Assembly: GCA_965140415.1 (NCBI GenBank)
Contig: OZ223209.1
Location: 5,600,001-5,664,000 of the forward strand
DNA length: 64,000 nucleotides
Reading direction: 5' to 3'
Source: Myxococcota bacterium
GTDB taxonomy: Bacteria; Myxococcota_A; SURF-8
The translations under genes were made by a program, and so were the position numbers. Below, in pieces: positions 1-9,660 of the stretch. How positions within the stretch are numbered: the first letter of the stretch is position 1; each line of letters starts with the position of its first letter. Under the pieces are notes generated by a model. That model saw nothing but the letters and a program-made list of their open reading frames with translations. It did no database searches and was not told the DNA's origin.

Positions 1-966
1 CGCCGTGGAGGCTTCGGACAAGCCCTGCTTGGCTTCCAGGAAAATCTCTTCCACTTCCGTGGGGAAGCCCTTGCCGCTGATATCGGCCTTGGGATTGAGC
101 ATCAACAGACCGGTGAAAACATCGATCGCTTCATCCTCATCACCGTCCAGCACGTTGGCGGCACCCAGGTATAAGCGCGCCTGCTCGACTTTGCTGCGAT
201 ACTCGGCAAATTCGAGAATGGGACCGTAAGCGGTCAGCGCGTTTTCCAGTTGATCGATGGCATCGCCCAGTTTCAACGCGTTGTAGGCGCTAATGCCGTC
301 TTCCAAAGCACGGTCGGCTTTCTTGGCAACGCTATCCTCTTTAACTGCGGAGGGTTCACCGTAAGCGTCGTTGACCGGCATATGCGTGTATTGAGTAGCG
401 CCTCGCAGCCAGTTCTCGATCAACAGTTCCTGCTCTGCGGCACGGCGTTCGAATTTCTTCTGGCTCGGGATGACGATGGAAAGCACTTTGGTCGATCCAT
501 CGACGCGATGATCGGCGAGTTGAGGAGAGCTGACGCGCTGCACGGCTTTCTGCACCGGCTCTTCGTCTTCTTCCATTTCCTCGTCGTATTCCTCGTCCTC
601 GTCTTCTTCGAGTTCCTCTTTCGGTTGAGGTTTCGGAGCGACCGGCTCCTCTTCCTCTTCCAACTCTTCTTCGTCCTCTTCGTCCTCGTTTTCATCCATA
701 ACGGGCTCAGGCTCTTTGGACTTGGCCGGTTCCGGTTCTACTTCCGGCTCCGGTTCTTCCGCCGGCTCTTCTACAGCGGGAGCCTCTTCGGCAGGTTCAC
801 CGAACAGGTCGGAATCGTCCTCTTCCAGCAGATCGTCGATGGATTGGGCGTATGCCTTGCTCACACTTCCATAGATCGGCAGGTTGCCGCCGTAGAGCAG
901 GAAGAACGTAGTAAGCAGTACGTAGGTAATGGGTCTAAACCAGAATAAGGTCGATAGTCGCCTCAT
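1..966 (-). CDS. Secreted protein with signal peptide, very acidic Glu/Pro-rich linker and TPR-like helical region; runs off the window edge (possibly PEGA-domain type)
   Basis: Not in the ORF track because it is open at the edge. Read manually from ATG at 966 (GGAG upstream): MRRLSTLFWFRPITYVLLTTFFLLYGG...AYAQ, then EEPAEEPEPEVEPE...EDEEDEEE and ARLYLGAANVLDGD. Confidence 0.75.
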   Translation of the reverse strand, partial: MRRLSTLFWFRPITYVLLTTFFLLYGGNLPIYGSVSKAYAQSIDDLLEEDDSDLFGEPAEEAPAVEEPAEEPEPEVEPEPAKSKEPEPVMDENEDEEDEEELEEEEEPVAPKPQPKEELEEDEDEEYDEEMEEDEEPVQKAVQRVSSPQLADHRVDGSTKVLSIVIPSQKKFERRAAEQELLIENWLRGATQYTHMPVNDAYGEPSAVKEDSVAKKADRALEDGISAYNALKLGDAIDQLENALTAYGPILEFAEYRSKVEQARLYLGAANVLDGDEDEAIDVFTGLLMLNPKADISGKGFPTEVEEIFLEAKQGLSEASTA

Positions 967-1071
967 CGTGTTACTCTCCCACACAATATGAATAGATGAC
1001 CAAGATTCCCTTGATGTATACCTTAACCGGCTACCCGGTTGCAAGAAATTTTCACTGGGATTTCAAAGCAT

Positions 1072-1671
1072 TCACTCCGCAGCGGAGTTCTCCGGGGCTT
1101 TTTCGTCCAAGCGTTCCAGGTTTACGATCTTTTCTTCCAGTAAATCCACCTGGGCAGTCAGGGCATCGATTTCCTTGCGCAACAAGGTAAAGCTCGTAAC
1201 CGGACCGACCAGAGCCTTGATGCGCTCGTCGATGCGATGCTGCAAATCCTCCAGATTCTGCTGGGAATGCTGCACCACTTCTTCCAACAGGCTCACACCT
1301 TCCTCGCGGGTAAAGACGTTTTTGGACAACAGCTTTTCCAGCGCGCCCCTCGTTTTTTCCGCTTCTTCCTTTAACTGCCCGATATTCATACGTTTTTGCA
1401 AAAAGTCAGTAATCGCGCCACCACCGGTCTGGATGATATCCCGCAGCGTCTGCGAAGGGAAAAGCTTCTGCTTTTTCTCCTTTTCGTAAATGATCTGCGC
1501 CAGGGTAATGGAAGTGATGTCTTTTTTGCTTTTGTAATCGATGATCTTGACATCCACACCGTTTCTCACCATTTGAGCGATTTCATTCAGCGTGATGTAG
1601 CAACTGTCGTTGGTGTTGTACAACTTGCGATTCGCATATCGCTTGATGACGATCGGTTTTGGTTTCTCCAT
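1072..1671 (-). CDS. PhaR-like polyhydroxyalkanoate synthesis regulator DNA-binding domain protein
   Basis: IKRYANRKLYNT..SCYITL and DITSITLAQII motifs of the PHB_acc_N family; coiled-coil C-terminus. Confidence 0.85.
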   Translation of the reverse strand: MEKPKPIVIKRYANRKLYNTNDSCYITLNEIAQMVRNGVDVKIIDYKSKKDITSITLAQIIYEKEKKQKLFPSQTLRDIIQTGGGAITDFLQKRMNIGQLKEEAEKTRGALEKLLSKNVFTREEGVSLLEEVVQHSQQNLEDLQHRIDERIKALVGPVTSFTLLRKEIDALTAQVDLLEEKIVNLERLDEKAPENSAAE

Positions 1672-1767
1672 ACCGGTTTTCCTTGCCTGTTAGCAGATTT
1701 GGAAACGATTCACCCGCTCTGCGTGTAACATAAATCGTGGCAACTTGTCAATTTCGCGTTACGGCAC

Positions 1768-1929
1768 GTGCGTATCACAAGATCTTGCGATTGGCTTTGA
1801 AAACGGGTGCCATGGGACAAACGAAGAGAAACGGAGCTTGTCCATGTGGCTCTTTAACACGGGCAAGCCTGCGGCTTAGCCCGCGCCACCCAGAAATCAT
1901 ACAGGTTTGCAACTTCTTATGATGCACCC
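1768..1929. repeat. Hairpin repeat family A: REP-doublet core (1805-1891) enclosed by imperfect terminal inverted repeats (MITE-like)
   Basis: Core GGGTGCCATGGG...CTTG(T/C)CCATG...CACGGGCAAGCCTGCGGCTTAGCCCGCGCCACCC also at 3547, 6500, 54390 and 57953; outer GTATCACAAGA / TCTTATGATGCACC. Confidence 0.85.
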
Positions 1930-3405
1930 TTACGGAACCTGCACTTGGGTTTCCAACGCTTCCGAAGCGCCATCCGGCCAGACACGCACCGTATACAATC
2001 CGTTCATCAGGCGCGTCAATTCAGTAGTGACATCGATGGGACAGGGAGTATCGCATGGCACCGGGTTGTGTACGGTTTCAAATAGCTCCAGCAGGGCTCC
2101 GTCCTGATTCAAGCGAATGGAGACGTTTTGCAGGCAGCTATCCAGCGGCGCATTGTGATGCACGATCGTCAACCGGTTGTTCTGATAGTTCGCTTCGACC
2201 GACTCCGGATAATTAGCCGGATCGTAGGAGGCAGGCGGTTCGTTGCAATTGGAATTGTAGTAGTCGTCCAGATAGGCGGTGTTCAGGATCACCTGCTCGT
2301 GTTCCTCTTCCACCACATCCGCCCATTCCGGCTCCGGTTCGATTTCGATCAGATCCAGATCGCCATCGGGCAGTAGCCAGGTATCGAAGCTGATGCTGCC
2401 GCCCGCAAAGGCATTTCCGGCCATATCCGTAATTCCCGCATCAATGCTCACCTGGTAGGTCGTGTTGATGTGCAAAGCCTCGTTCAGACTTAAAAAGATA
2501 GAAGTATCAGGTGGTTGCGCCAACCAGTTCCCCTCCCAAAGCGGTTCGTGGTCATCGTCGCCTTTAATCGAAACATGCGCTGCAATATCCCAGCGATCCC
2601 GGTCCATGGCTTCGGAGAAATAGATCAAAACGCCATCTAGCGTAGTCGAAACGCCGCTCTGCCCGTCACGAGGCAGCGAATCGCGCAGGGTGGGAGCCGT
2701 GTAATCGCCCCAGTCCACCTCCCAGTCGCCATCCAGTTCGCCCGCAACGGTGAAATAGAAAGTCGTTCCCGCAAACGCATTGCCTGCCAGATCGTGCAGG
2801 CTATTCGCCTCGATCGAAATAGTATAGGTAACGCCCTCTTCCAGTTCGCCGAAACTCAGATCCAGTTGACGCTTATCCTGAGTGAATTGACCGGAATAGA
2901 TCACGTTGCCCGGTCCGCCGAAAAAGCGCAGATCGCGCTTCATGACAAAGCCGTCCAGCTCCATTGCCTCCGAAAACACGATAATGACGCGCCGAATGCC
3001 GGGGTCGACGCCCTGGGCGCCGTCAACCGGGCTGGTGCTTTCGATCTCCGGTGGGGTGGTATCGACAGCGGGCTCCTGTTCCACCGGATCGTCATCGAGG
3101 TCCGTATCGCCATCCGCCGGGGGATCGGGTGGATTGACGCACTCGCCTTTTTCGCAGACTTTCTCGGCATCGGCGCAATCGGCCAGCACCAACCAGTCGC
3201 CATCGCGACAGATCACCGCCTGGGTTCCCAAGCAGGCTAACACGTCTTCATCGCAAAGCGTGGACTCCTCCTCTTTCTGGACTTCCTGATCTGCGTCCCC
3301 ATCTACGGGGGCATTGTCATCGGAACCGCAGGCAAACAGAAACAAAAGAACGAGCATCGCCGCGCACAGCCGGAAATAACTCTCGATGTTAGAATGGGGG
3401 ATCAT
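1930..3405 (-). CDS. Lipoprotein with two bacterial Ig-like (Big_5-type) domains and DGD linkers
   Basis: Lipobox LFAC; two DTTPP/TAP..S.P.DG..GV...I.FSEAM...D.AGN repeats; start moved to ATG 3405 behind GAGG. Confidence 0.75.
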   Translation of the reverse strand: MIPHSNIESYFRLCAAMLVLLFLFACGSDDNAPVDGDADQEVQKEEESTLCDEDVLACLGTQAVICRDGDWLVLADCADAEKVCEKGECVNPPDPPADGDTDLDDDPVEQEPAVDTTPPEIESTSPVDGAQGVDPGIRRVIIVFSEAMELDGFVMKRDLRFFGGPGNVIYSGQFTQDKRQLDLSFGELEEGVTYTISIEANSLHDLAGNAFAGTTFYFTVAGELDGDWEVDWGDYTAPTLRDSLPRDGQSGVSTTLDGVLIYFSEAMDRDRWDIAAHVSIKGDDDHEPLWEGNWLAQPPDTSIFLSLNEALHINTTYQVSIDAGITDMAGNAFAGGSISFDTWLLPDGDLDLIEIEPEPEWADVVEEEHEQVILNTAYLDDYYNSNCNEPPASYDPANYPESVEANYQNNRLTIVHHNAPLDSCLQNVSIRLNQDGALLELFETVHNPVPCDTPCPIDVTTELTRLMNGLYTVRVWPDGASEALETQVQVP

Positions 3406-3510
3406 GTTCACACCTCTATACTCAGTCAGCTTGACGGTGGTACCCACTACCTAGTCTTATCAAATGGCGACTACGGCGGCAATTCCTTTTTATCAGTGCC
3501 ACCAGTAAAA

Positions 3511-3640
3511 GGTGTATCACAACAAATTGTTACTGGCTAAAAAAGCGGGTGCCATGGGCTAAGCGAAGGGAAACGGAGCTTGCCCATGTAACTCTCGAAC
3601 ACGGGCAATCCTACGGCTTAGCCCGCGCCACCCTGAAATC
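3511..3640. repeat. Hairpin repeat family A copy (core 3547-3633, left end GGTGTATCACAA)
   Basis: Direct sequence similarity to 1768-1929 and 57937-58078. Confidence 0.85.
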
Positions 3641-3802
3641 AGATTGATTTGCTATTCCCTGTAAAATATCCTCCCACCCCGGTAAAGCTAGACGAAGAAA
3701 AAAGTTTGTCTTGCTGAACTTGACACCGTGGCGCTGGTGATGCTACAAAAAAAGACAGAACAATTCTTGTTCGTTTATTCACGATGACGCATGGAGGACA
3801 AG

Positions 3803-4384
3803 ATGGGGAAAAAGTCGCTCGTTTTGTTATTGGCTGTGCTGTTGACACTGACCGCCAGCATCGCTGCCGCAGGAGAGAAGGAAGAAGCCCAGGAGGAAAT
3901 GAAGCGCCTGGAAAAAGTGATGGCCTTTTCCAAGTCTACATTGATTCCGATGATCAACTGTTTCGCTCAGAATCAACCACGCTTGCAGTACCTCAACGAG
4001 CAGAACCCCAACGCCGGACGCGACGCCATCACCAAGCTGGACTATTGCTCCTCGGCTTATCCGGATTCCGTTGAAGACAGCGAAGCCATGGCCCTGAAGC
4101 AGCGGGTATCGGTGCTGTACAGCAAGGATATCCAGGACGGACGCAAGCTGGTCGACATTGCGGATGAATACTACGCTATTCGCGCCGCCTTGCAAGCCGC
4201 CAAAAAGAAAGATCCCGAAAAGATCAAACAACGCGATGCTTTAAAGCAGAAACTGGAAACACAGAAACAGGGTCTGTACAAAGACGCGCTGGAATTCCAG
4301 AAAATCCAGAAGGATTTCAAAACCTGGAGCACGGGCGTGACCAACGCCTTTGTCGAGGCAAGAAAGAAAGCCACCGGCAAATAG
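3803..4384 (+). CDS. Secreted hypothetical helical protein
   Basis: GGAGG RBS, signal peptide MGKKSLVLLLAVLLTLTASIAAA. Confidence 0.7.
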   Translation: MGKKSLVLLLAVLLTLTASIAAAGEKEEAQEEMKRLEKVMAFSKSTLIPMINCFAQNQPRLQYLNEQNPNAGRDAITKLDYCSSAYPDSVEDSEAMALKQRVSVLYSKDIQDGRKLVDIADEYYAIRAALQAAKKKDPEKIKQRDALKQKLETQKQGLYKDALEFQKIQKDFKTWSTGVTNAFVEARKKATGK

Positions 4385-4404
4385 AGCGTTTGAAAGATGC
4401 ATTC

Positions 4405-4432
4405 AAGCCCCGCCTTATTGGCGGGGTTTTTT
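4405..4432 (+). terminator. Rho-independent terminator
   Basis: AAGCCCCGCC-TTATT-GGCGGGGTTTTTT downstream of the stop at 4384. Confidence 0.8.
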
Positions 4433-4465
4433 CTCGGAGACCGGGAAAACGAAGGGAGCCGCTTC

Positions 4466-6460
4466 ATGCATATTCTGTATGAAATCGTGATCGTACTGGC
4501 CCTTGCGGCGATCGTGGTGTTTCTGGGACAGAAACTGCGCCTGCCTGCCATCGTCGGCTTCCTGGTAACGGGAGTGGTTGTCGGACCGTCTTCACTGGGA
4601 CTGATTTCCGACCCGGAAACGGTGGAGATGCTGGCCGAAATCGGCATCGTGCTGTTGATGTTCACCATCGGCATGGAATTCTCGCTGAACCAGCTTTTTT
4701 CCATTCGCAAAACGGTCTTCGCCGGTGGACTGCTACAGGTCTTCCTTACACTGGCCGTCTGTGCCGGTTGGGCGCTGGCAATGGGACGCCCAAGCAACCA
4801 GGCGGTGTTCATCGGCTTGATGCTGGCGATGAGCAGCACGGCCATCGTACTCAAGCTGTTGGCGGAACGAGCGGAAGTCGATACGCCTCATGGCCGGGTG
4901 GCGCTGGGTGTGCTGATCTTTCAGGACATCCTGATCGTGCCTGCCATGCTGGTGGTACCGCTGTTATCCGGCAGCGGTCTGGATGCCGGTGGTCCCATGC
5001 ACCTGCTGCTCGCCAAGGTGCTGCTGGCGGTTCCTTCCGTGTGGCTATTGGCGAAATACATTGTGCCGCTGTCATTGAAGCAGGTCGCCGCGACGCGCAA
5101 CCAGGAACTGTTCATGCTCTCCATTCTGGTGATCGGCTTCGCCATTGCCGGATTATCCGAGGCGATCGGGCTGAAATTGGCGCTGGGCGCGTTTCTGGCC
5201 GGGTTGATCATCTCCGAATCCGAATACAGCCACCAGGCGCTGGGCGCGATCCTGCCCTTTCGCGATGTGTTTTTAAGCTTCTTCTTCATTTCGGTCGGCC
5301 TGCTGCTCGATGTCGGCTTTCTGTTCGATCATCTGGGAACGGTTCTGTTGATCGCGGGCGGAGTGCTGCTATTGAAAACCATTACCGGTGCGGCAGCAAG
5401 TGCGGTGCTTGGGCATCCGCTACGCACGGCGCTATTGGCCGGGCTGGCGCTGTCGCAGGTCGGTGAATTTTCACTGTTGTTGTCGAAAACCGGTCTGGAA
5501 GCAGGCATCATTCAGGCGGATACCTATCAACTCTTTTTAGCCGTGGTCATTCTAACGATGGCCGCTGCTCCGGTGGCGATCGGTCTGGGACCGCGTGTCG
5601 TTGGCAGGGTGGCGACACGCATCAATCACTGGCGTGGTAAGACGCAAACCGAAGCGGAACCGGAAACCGCCGAAAACAATCACCTGCTGATCGTCGGTTT
5701 CGGCTTGAATGGCCGCAATCTGGCCACCGCCGCGAAAAAGTGCGGCATCAGTCACGCCATTATCGAGATGAACCCGGACACCGTTCACAAAATGAAGAAG
5801 GAAGGCATCCCGATTCATTACGGCGACGCCTCCAACGAAATGGTACTGGCGCATGCAGGCGTGAGTGCGGCCAAGGTCGCCGTGATCGCCATCAACGATG
5901 CGGCAGCCACGCGCCGTATCGTCGAACTGCTCAGGCGACGCAATCCCAAGCTGCACATCATCGCACGCACGCGCTTTATGGCCGAAGTCCCCGCGCTCTA
6001 CGGCCTGGGCGCAAACGAAGTGATCCCGGAAGAGTTTGAAACCTCCATTGAAATTTTCGCACGGGTGATGCGGCGCTACCTGATTTCCCGCGAGCAGATC
6101 GAGCGCTTCATTGCCGATATCCGCGCCGATGGCTACCAGATGCTGCGCGCTCCCAGCGGTGCAGCCACTGCGATCAGTCCGCTGCAACCGGTGCTGGAGC
6201 AGGTCGATATCGAATCGGCGCGCGTACAAGCCGACTCCCCTGTGGTCGGGCTGCCCCTCTCCGAGTTGCGCATCCGAACCGATTTCGGCGTGACGGTGCT
6301 TGCCATTCAGCGACAAAACGAGTTGCGCTCCAATCCCGATGGTGAAGAGCGCTTGTGCGCGGGCGACAGCCTGGTGCTGATGGGAAAAAGCGAACAGTTG
6401 CGGGCCTTCACTCAACGGATCGCCGCCTACGAACCTTCCGATTCGGATTCGGACGCATAA
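4466..6460 (+). CDS. Kef-type monovalent cation:proton antiporter (CPA2) with TrkA_N and TrkA_C domains
   Basis: AEIGIVLLMFTIGMEFS, SSTAIVLK, LIFQD, LGAFLAG, LSQVGEFS; IVGFGLNG Rossmann motif, IHYGDAS; C-terminal TrkA_C. Confidence 0.92.
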   Translation: MHILYEIVIVLALAAIVVFLGQKLRLPAIVGFLVTGVVVGPSSLGLISDPETVEMLAEIGIVLLMFTIGMEFSLNQLFSIRKTVFAGGLLQVFLTLAVCAGWALAMGRPSNQAVFIGLMLAMSSTAIVLKLLAERAEVDTPHGRVALGVLIFQDILIVPAMLVVPLLSGSGLDAGGPMHLLLAKVLLAVPSVWLLAKYIVPLSLKQVAATRNQELFMLSILVIGFAIAGLSEAIGLKLALGAFLAGLIISESEYSHQALGAILPFRDVFLSFFFISVGLLLDVGFLFDHLGTVLLIAGGVLLLKTITGAAASAVLGHPLRTALLAGLALSQVGEFSLLLSKTGLEAGIIQADTYQLFLAVVILTMAAAPVAIGLGPRVVGRVATRINHWRGKTQTEAEPETAENNHLLIVGFGLNGRNLATAAKKCGISHAIIEMNPDTVHKMKKEGIPIHYGDASNEMVLAHAGVSAAKVAVIAINDAAATRRIVELLRRRNPKLHIIARTRFMAEVPALYGLGANEVIPEEFETSIEIFARVMRRYLISREQIERFIADIRADGYQMLRAPSGAATAISPLQPVLEQVDIESARVQADSPVVGLPLSELRIRTDFGVTVLAIQRQNELRSNPDGEERLCAGDSLVLMGKSEQLRAFTQRIAAYEPSDSDSDA

Positions 6461-6499
6461 TAATAGTAACGTATTATTGTTTGAAATGTACCCTTCGAC

Positions 6500-6586
6500 G
6501 GGTGACATGGGCTAAGCGAAGAGAAACGAAGCTTGCCCATGTGGCTTTCGAGCACGGGCAAGCCTGCGGCTTAGCCCGCGCCACCC
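6500..6586. repeat. Hairpin repeat family A core
   Basis: GGGTGACATGGGCTAAGCGAAGAGAAACG...GCTTAGCCCGCGCCACCC. Confidence 0.85.
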
Positions 6587-6608
6587 TTCCTTCGTTTGAA
6601 GTATTATT

Positions 6609-6643
6609 CGGCGGGCTCACGCCTCGCCGCTACAAGAAGACAT
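6609..6643 (-). repeat. GTAG-type REP (family D)
   Basis: CGGCGGGCTCACGCCTCGCCGCTACAAGAAGACAT is identical at 20282-20316; minus strand reads GTAG followed by a GC hairpin. Confidence 0.75.
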
Positions 6644-6678
6644 CGCCAGTGATGAATAACAACTCCTCTACACAGCAA

Positions 6679-6707
6679 AAAGCGGCGGGCTTATGCGCCG
6701 CCGCTTT
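6679..6707. terminator. Probable bidirectional terminator between convergent genes
   Basis: AAAGCGGCGG-N9-CCGCCGCTTT with A/T tracts. Confidence 0.65.
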
Positions 6708-6753
6708 AAGAATCAACCTACCCTAGGTTTTCCCGAGATTCTTTTTTTCCTTG

Positions 6754-7590
6754 CTACGGATTCTTCTGAGTCGGTTTTCTGTTCTTCATCGGCTTGACGC
6801 CTTTCGCATTCCGCTTTCTTAACGAGTTTTTCTTCTCCATTTTGTTCAAGCCCTTTTGATTCGGAGCACCTTTGAAGCGTGGAGAAATTGCGGAAGGATG
6901 ATGTTTTCCACGGCGTTTTAAATTTCCCGGTCGTTGCGGCTTGCCGACTTTTTCAAGCAGGGTCGCCATGTCGACCTGATTGATCAAATCCAACGCCACG
7001 CTGCCGGAATCCACACCCGTTGCTTGGGCTTCGATAAACAAACGCCCGCGAACCATGAACATCGACTTCGAAGTTTTGGTGGCTTTGTTATAGAATTCGT
7101 AGCCGTTCAGTTTTCCGGTTCTGATCTTGTTCATCTCGAAATTCTTATCGCGACGAAGTTTGCCGATTCTCTTGCGAGCCACTTTAGTGTGTTCCCTGTC
7201 GCGCATGGTGTCGGTGATGGTCAATGTCACTTTACCCTGAGAACCTTTATAGCTTCTCCGGGCGAAAGACGACTTGGGATCTTCCGCGTTTTTTGCGCTA
7301 TGACCGGTTACTTTCGAGGCTTTCCAGTTTTTGCCCTCCGGAGGCAACACGCTTGCAAGGAAGTCCTGTGTAAACGGCGTCAGCGAAGACCTCTTCGGAG
7401 CCTTTTCCAATTTGCGAGCGGAAGGCTGAAGCTTGACATCCTTTTCGATACCCGCTCCCTTTTCCTTCATCGCCACACTGTCTTTGCTCGCGTTCGCTTG
7501 CTTATCCGAAGAGCACTTGCTGCAACCGGAAGCGGCTACACTAAACGCGACCAGACCCACGCAAAGAATCAAGATCCATTTGGATTTCAT
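6754..7590 (-). CDS. Basic lipoprotein of unknown function
   Basis: GGAG RBS, lipobox ASGC, Lys/Arg-rich C-terminal tail. Confidence 0.7.
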   Translation of the reverse strand: MKSKWILILCVGLVAFSVAASGCSKCSSDKQANASKDSVAMKEKGAGIEKDVKLQPSARKLEKAPKRSSLTPFTQDFLASVLPPEGKNWKASKVTGHSAKNAEDPKSSFARRSYKGSQGKVTLTITDTMRDREHTKVARKRIGKLRRDKNFEMNKIRTGKLNGYEFYNKATKTSKSMFMVRGRLFIEAQATGVDSGSVALDLINQVDMATLLEKVGKPQRPGNLKRRGKHHPSAISPRFKGAPNQKGLNKMEKKNSLRKRNAKGVKPMKNRKPTQKNP

Positions 7591-7628
7591 AGTATAAACT
7601 CCTTTATTGCGATGTATTTCCCGTACAA

Positions 7629-9659
7629 TCAATGATGCGAATTCGAATAATTCGCCAGCAGTCGAACGATTTCCTGCTGGATTTCCTTTAGTCGTCGCCG
7701 GTTTTTACCCATGCACTCGTTGAAAAAGAGGGTAAATACCAGATCGCGCTCGGAGCGGGTATGCAACACACCCGATAATGCGATCACTTGTTCCAGGCTG
7801 CCTGTTTTCCCGCGTAGCAGATCCGTTACCTCGTTGTCAATAAAAGACGTTCGAAGGGTGCCGTCGCGCCCTGCCACCGCCAGGGAAGTTAAAAACTCCG
7901 CCCCGGCTTTCGGATCGTTGCGCATATAACGAAAGACAAGGGCAAACAGTTCCGGCGGTAACTGGTTGACATCTCCCAAACCGCTGCCGTTTTTCAAGCG
8001 ATATCCCTTCAGGTTGTAACCGATTTCCGTCTCCAAAAATTCCCGCAGGACATCGATTCCTTTTTCCCAGGTGCCCGGCTCCTCGCGCAATTGGGCACCC
8101 AGCGTTTTCAAGATCTGCTCGGCCATGTGGTTGTTGGAATACTTGTTCACCAGTGAAACGATGCGCCACAGCGGCAACGAATAGAAGGTATTCAATTTTT
8201 TGGCGTCCTCGGGTACCCGTCCAAGATGCACGTAGCCGGTGGTTCGAATGTCCAGGCGTTTCATGGCATCGTGGATCGTCCAACCGGCGAACATGGGTGG
8301 ATTGTCGATTTTCAGGTTGAACATGCGCACCCTGGCGCGTTCGTTGATGCGCCCCTCCACCGTGATGACGTTGCGCTCATCTTCCAGCACGCTATGAACC
8401 TGCAAGCGTGTACGCCGCTTCGCCATGGTCGTGGCGGTGTTGCGAACTTCGATGTAGCGGGTCTGCGGAATCACGACAACCCGCGCGGCCTGACCCGGTA
8501 CACTGGGACGGATACGCACCGTAACCGCATTGAAATTGGCCGACAAGGCCCCCATGGGAGCCTGATAGGCGTTGTCGGTGTCGTCCTGTTCCCAGCCCGG
8601 TCCCTGGCGTACACTGTCGAAATAGCTGTCGTCGATGTAGATATTTCCTTCGATGCGTCGCAAGCCACGCGCGTACAATTCGGTCGCCAGTCGATAAATC
8701 TGCTCGACCGTCAATGCCGGATCGCCACCACCTTTGATATAGAGATCGCCTTTGAGCGTTCCGGTGGCTTTGTCGATTTCCGCAGTGGAATAGAATGTGG
8801 TTTTAAAACGAAAATTCGGACCGAGCAGTTTCAGAGCAGCCGCCACCGTCAACAGTTTCTGATTGCTGGCCGGGTTCATCGGTTCTCGACCATTGTGACA
8901 GATCAAGACCTGCCCATCCTCGGCATCCATCACATACAGGCCGACCTTCACGCCTTGCAATTCCGGTCGCGCCAACGTCCGCGCCAGGCTTTTCGCCAAT
9001 GCCGTTTCATCCAGCGCCTCGCCGCCTTCGAACAAGGGGCCATCCTCGTCCAGATCGCCTTTGAATTCTGGCAACTCCATGTGCGGTTTCAATGGCGGCA
9101 AATCAGGCAGATCGCCATCTTCGGCAGATATTTCTTCGACGGAATCCAGATCGCCGTCATCCGTACCGGTGGCTTGGGTCTGCTCTGCATCGGCATCGGC
9201 TTGCTTTGCCTGTGCAGTCGTTCCGCTTTCCGGCTGAGAAAGCGGTTTCTCGGTTGTCGCCGCTTGGTTGGGATTGCTTTTCTGTTCAACCTTGGCAGGC
9301 TCAGTAGCGGCGGGAGCAGCAGGAGCAACAGCAGCGGCAGGCTCGGAATCTTTTATTTCGCTTGCCGCGGATTCCTGATCGCCGTCTGAAACGGGAGTCT
9401 CTTTCACTTCCACCGGTGGCGTCGCTGCCGTGGGCGCGCTCGGTGTTTCACTTGCAGCCTTTGCAGCAGCGGGTGCTTCAGTCGTTGCAGAAGATTCTTC
9501 CGGCTTTGGATCGGACGCGGCTTCGACATTGGACGCAGGTGGATTTTCCGTCGTGCTGTCCGCCGCTTGCGCCCAGGCAAACGAAACGAGTGCGACGAAC
9601 GCAATCAATGCCAGAGCGCCTATTAATCTTTTGCGATAGACAACCGGGTACCCACGCAC
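7629..9659 (-). CDS. dacB: D-alanyl-D-alanine carboxypeptidase/endopeptidase (PBP4, peptidase S13) with long Ala/Glu/Pro-rich N-terminal extension
   Basis: PASNQK (SxxK), GGGDP, YSNN (SxN), NGSGL, GKTGSL motifs. Confidence 0.93.
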   Translation of the reverse strand: MRGYPVVYRKRLIGALALIAFVALVSFAWAQAADSTTENPPASNVEAASDPKPEESSATTEAPAAAKAASETPSAPTAATPPVEVKETPVSDGDQESAASEIKDSEPAAAVAPAAPAATEPAKVEQKSNPNQAATTEKPLSQPESGTTAQAKQADADAEQTQATGTDDGDLDSVEEISAEDGDLPDLPPLKPHMELPEFKGDLDEDGPLFEGGEALDETALAKSLARTLARPELQGVKVGLYVMDAEDGQVLICHNGREPMNPASNQKLLTVAAALKLLGPNFRFKTTFYSTAEIDKATGTLKGDLYIKGGGDPALTVEQIYRLATELYARGLRRIEGNIYIDDSYFDSVRQGPGWEQDDTDNAYQAPMGALSANFNAVTVRIRPSVPGQAARVVVIPQTRYIEVRNTATTMAKRRTRLQVHSVLEDERNVITVEGRINERARVRMFNLKIDNPPMFAGWTIHDAMKRLDIRTTGYVHLGRVPEDAKKLNTFYSLPLWRIVSLVNKYSNNHMAEQILKTLGAQLREEPGTWEKGIDVLREFLETEIGYNLKGYRLKNGSGLGDVNQLPPELFALVFRYMRNDPKAGAEFLTSLAVAGRDGTLRTSFIDNEVTDLLRGKTGSLEQVIALSGVLHTRSERDLVFTLFFNECMGKNRRRLKEIQQEIVRLLANYSNSHH

Positions 9660-9660
9660 G

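Noticed and set aside
250-948. 232-aa Phe/Leu-rich plus-strand ORF
   Set aside because: Antisense shadow of the Glu-rich minus-strand gene (1-966), which has an RBS and signal peptide.
1072-1671. PHA biosynthesis locus
   Set aside because: No phaA, phaB, phaC or phasin gene is adjacent; only the regulator domain is supported.
8226-9389. Long antisense ORFs (also 16864-17961, 22329-23426, 50397-51299, 52358-53380)
   Set aside because: All overlap well-supported genes on the opposite strand and lack recognisable motifs; typical of GC-rich codon bias.
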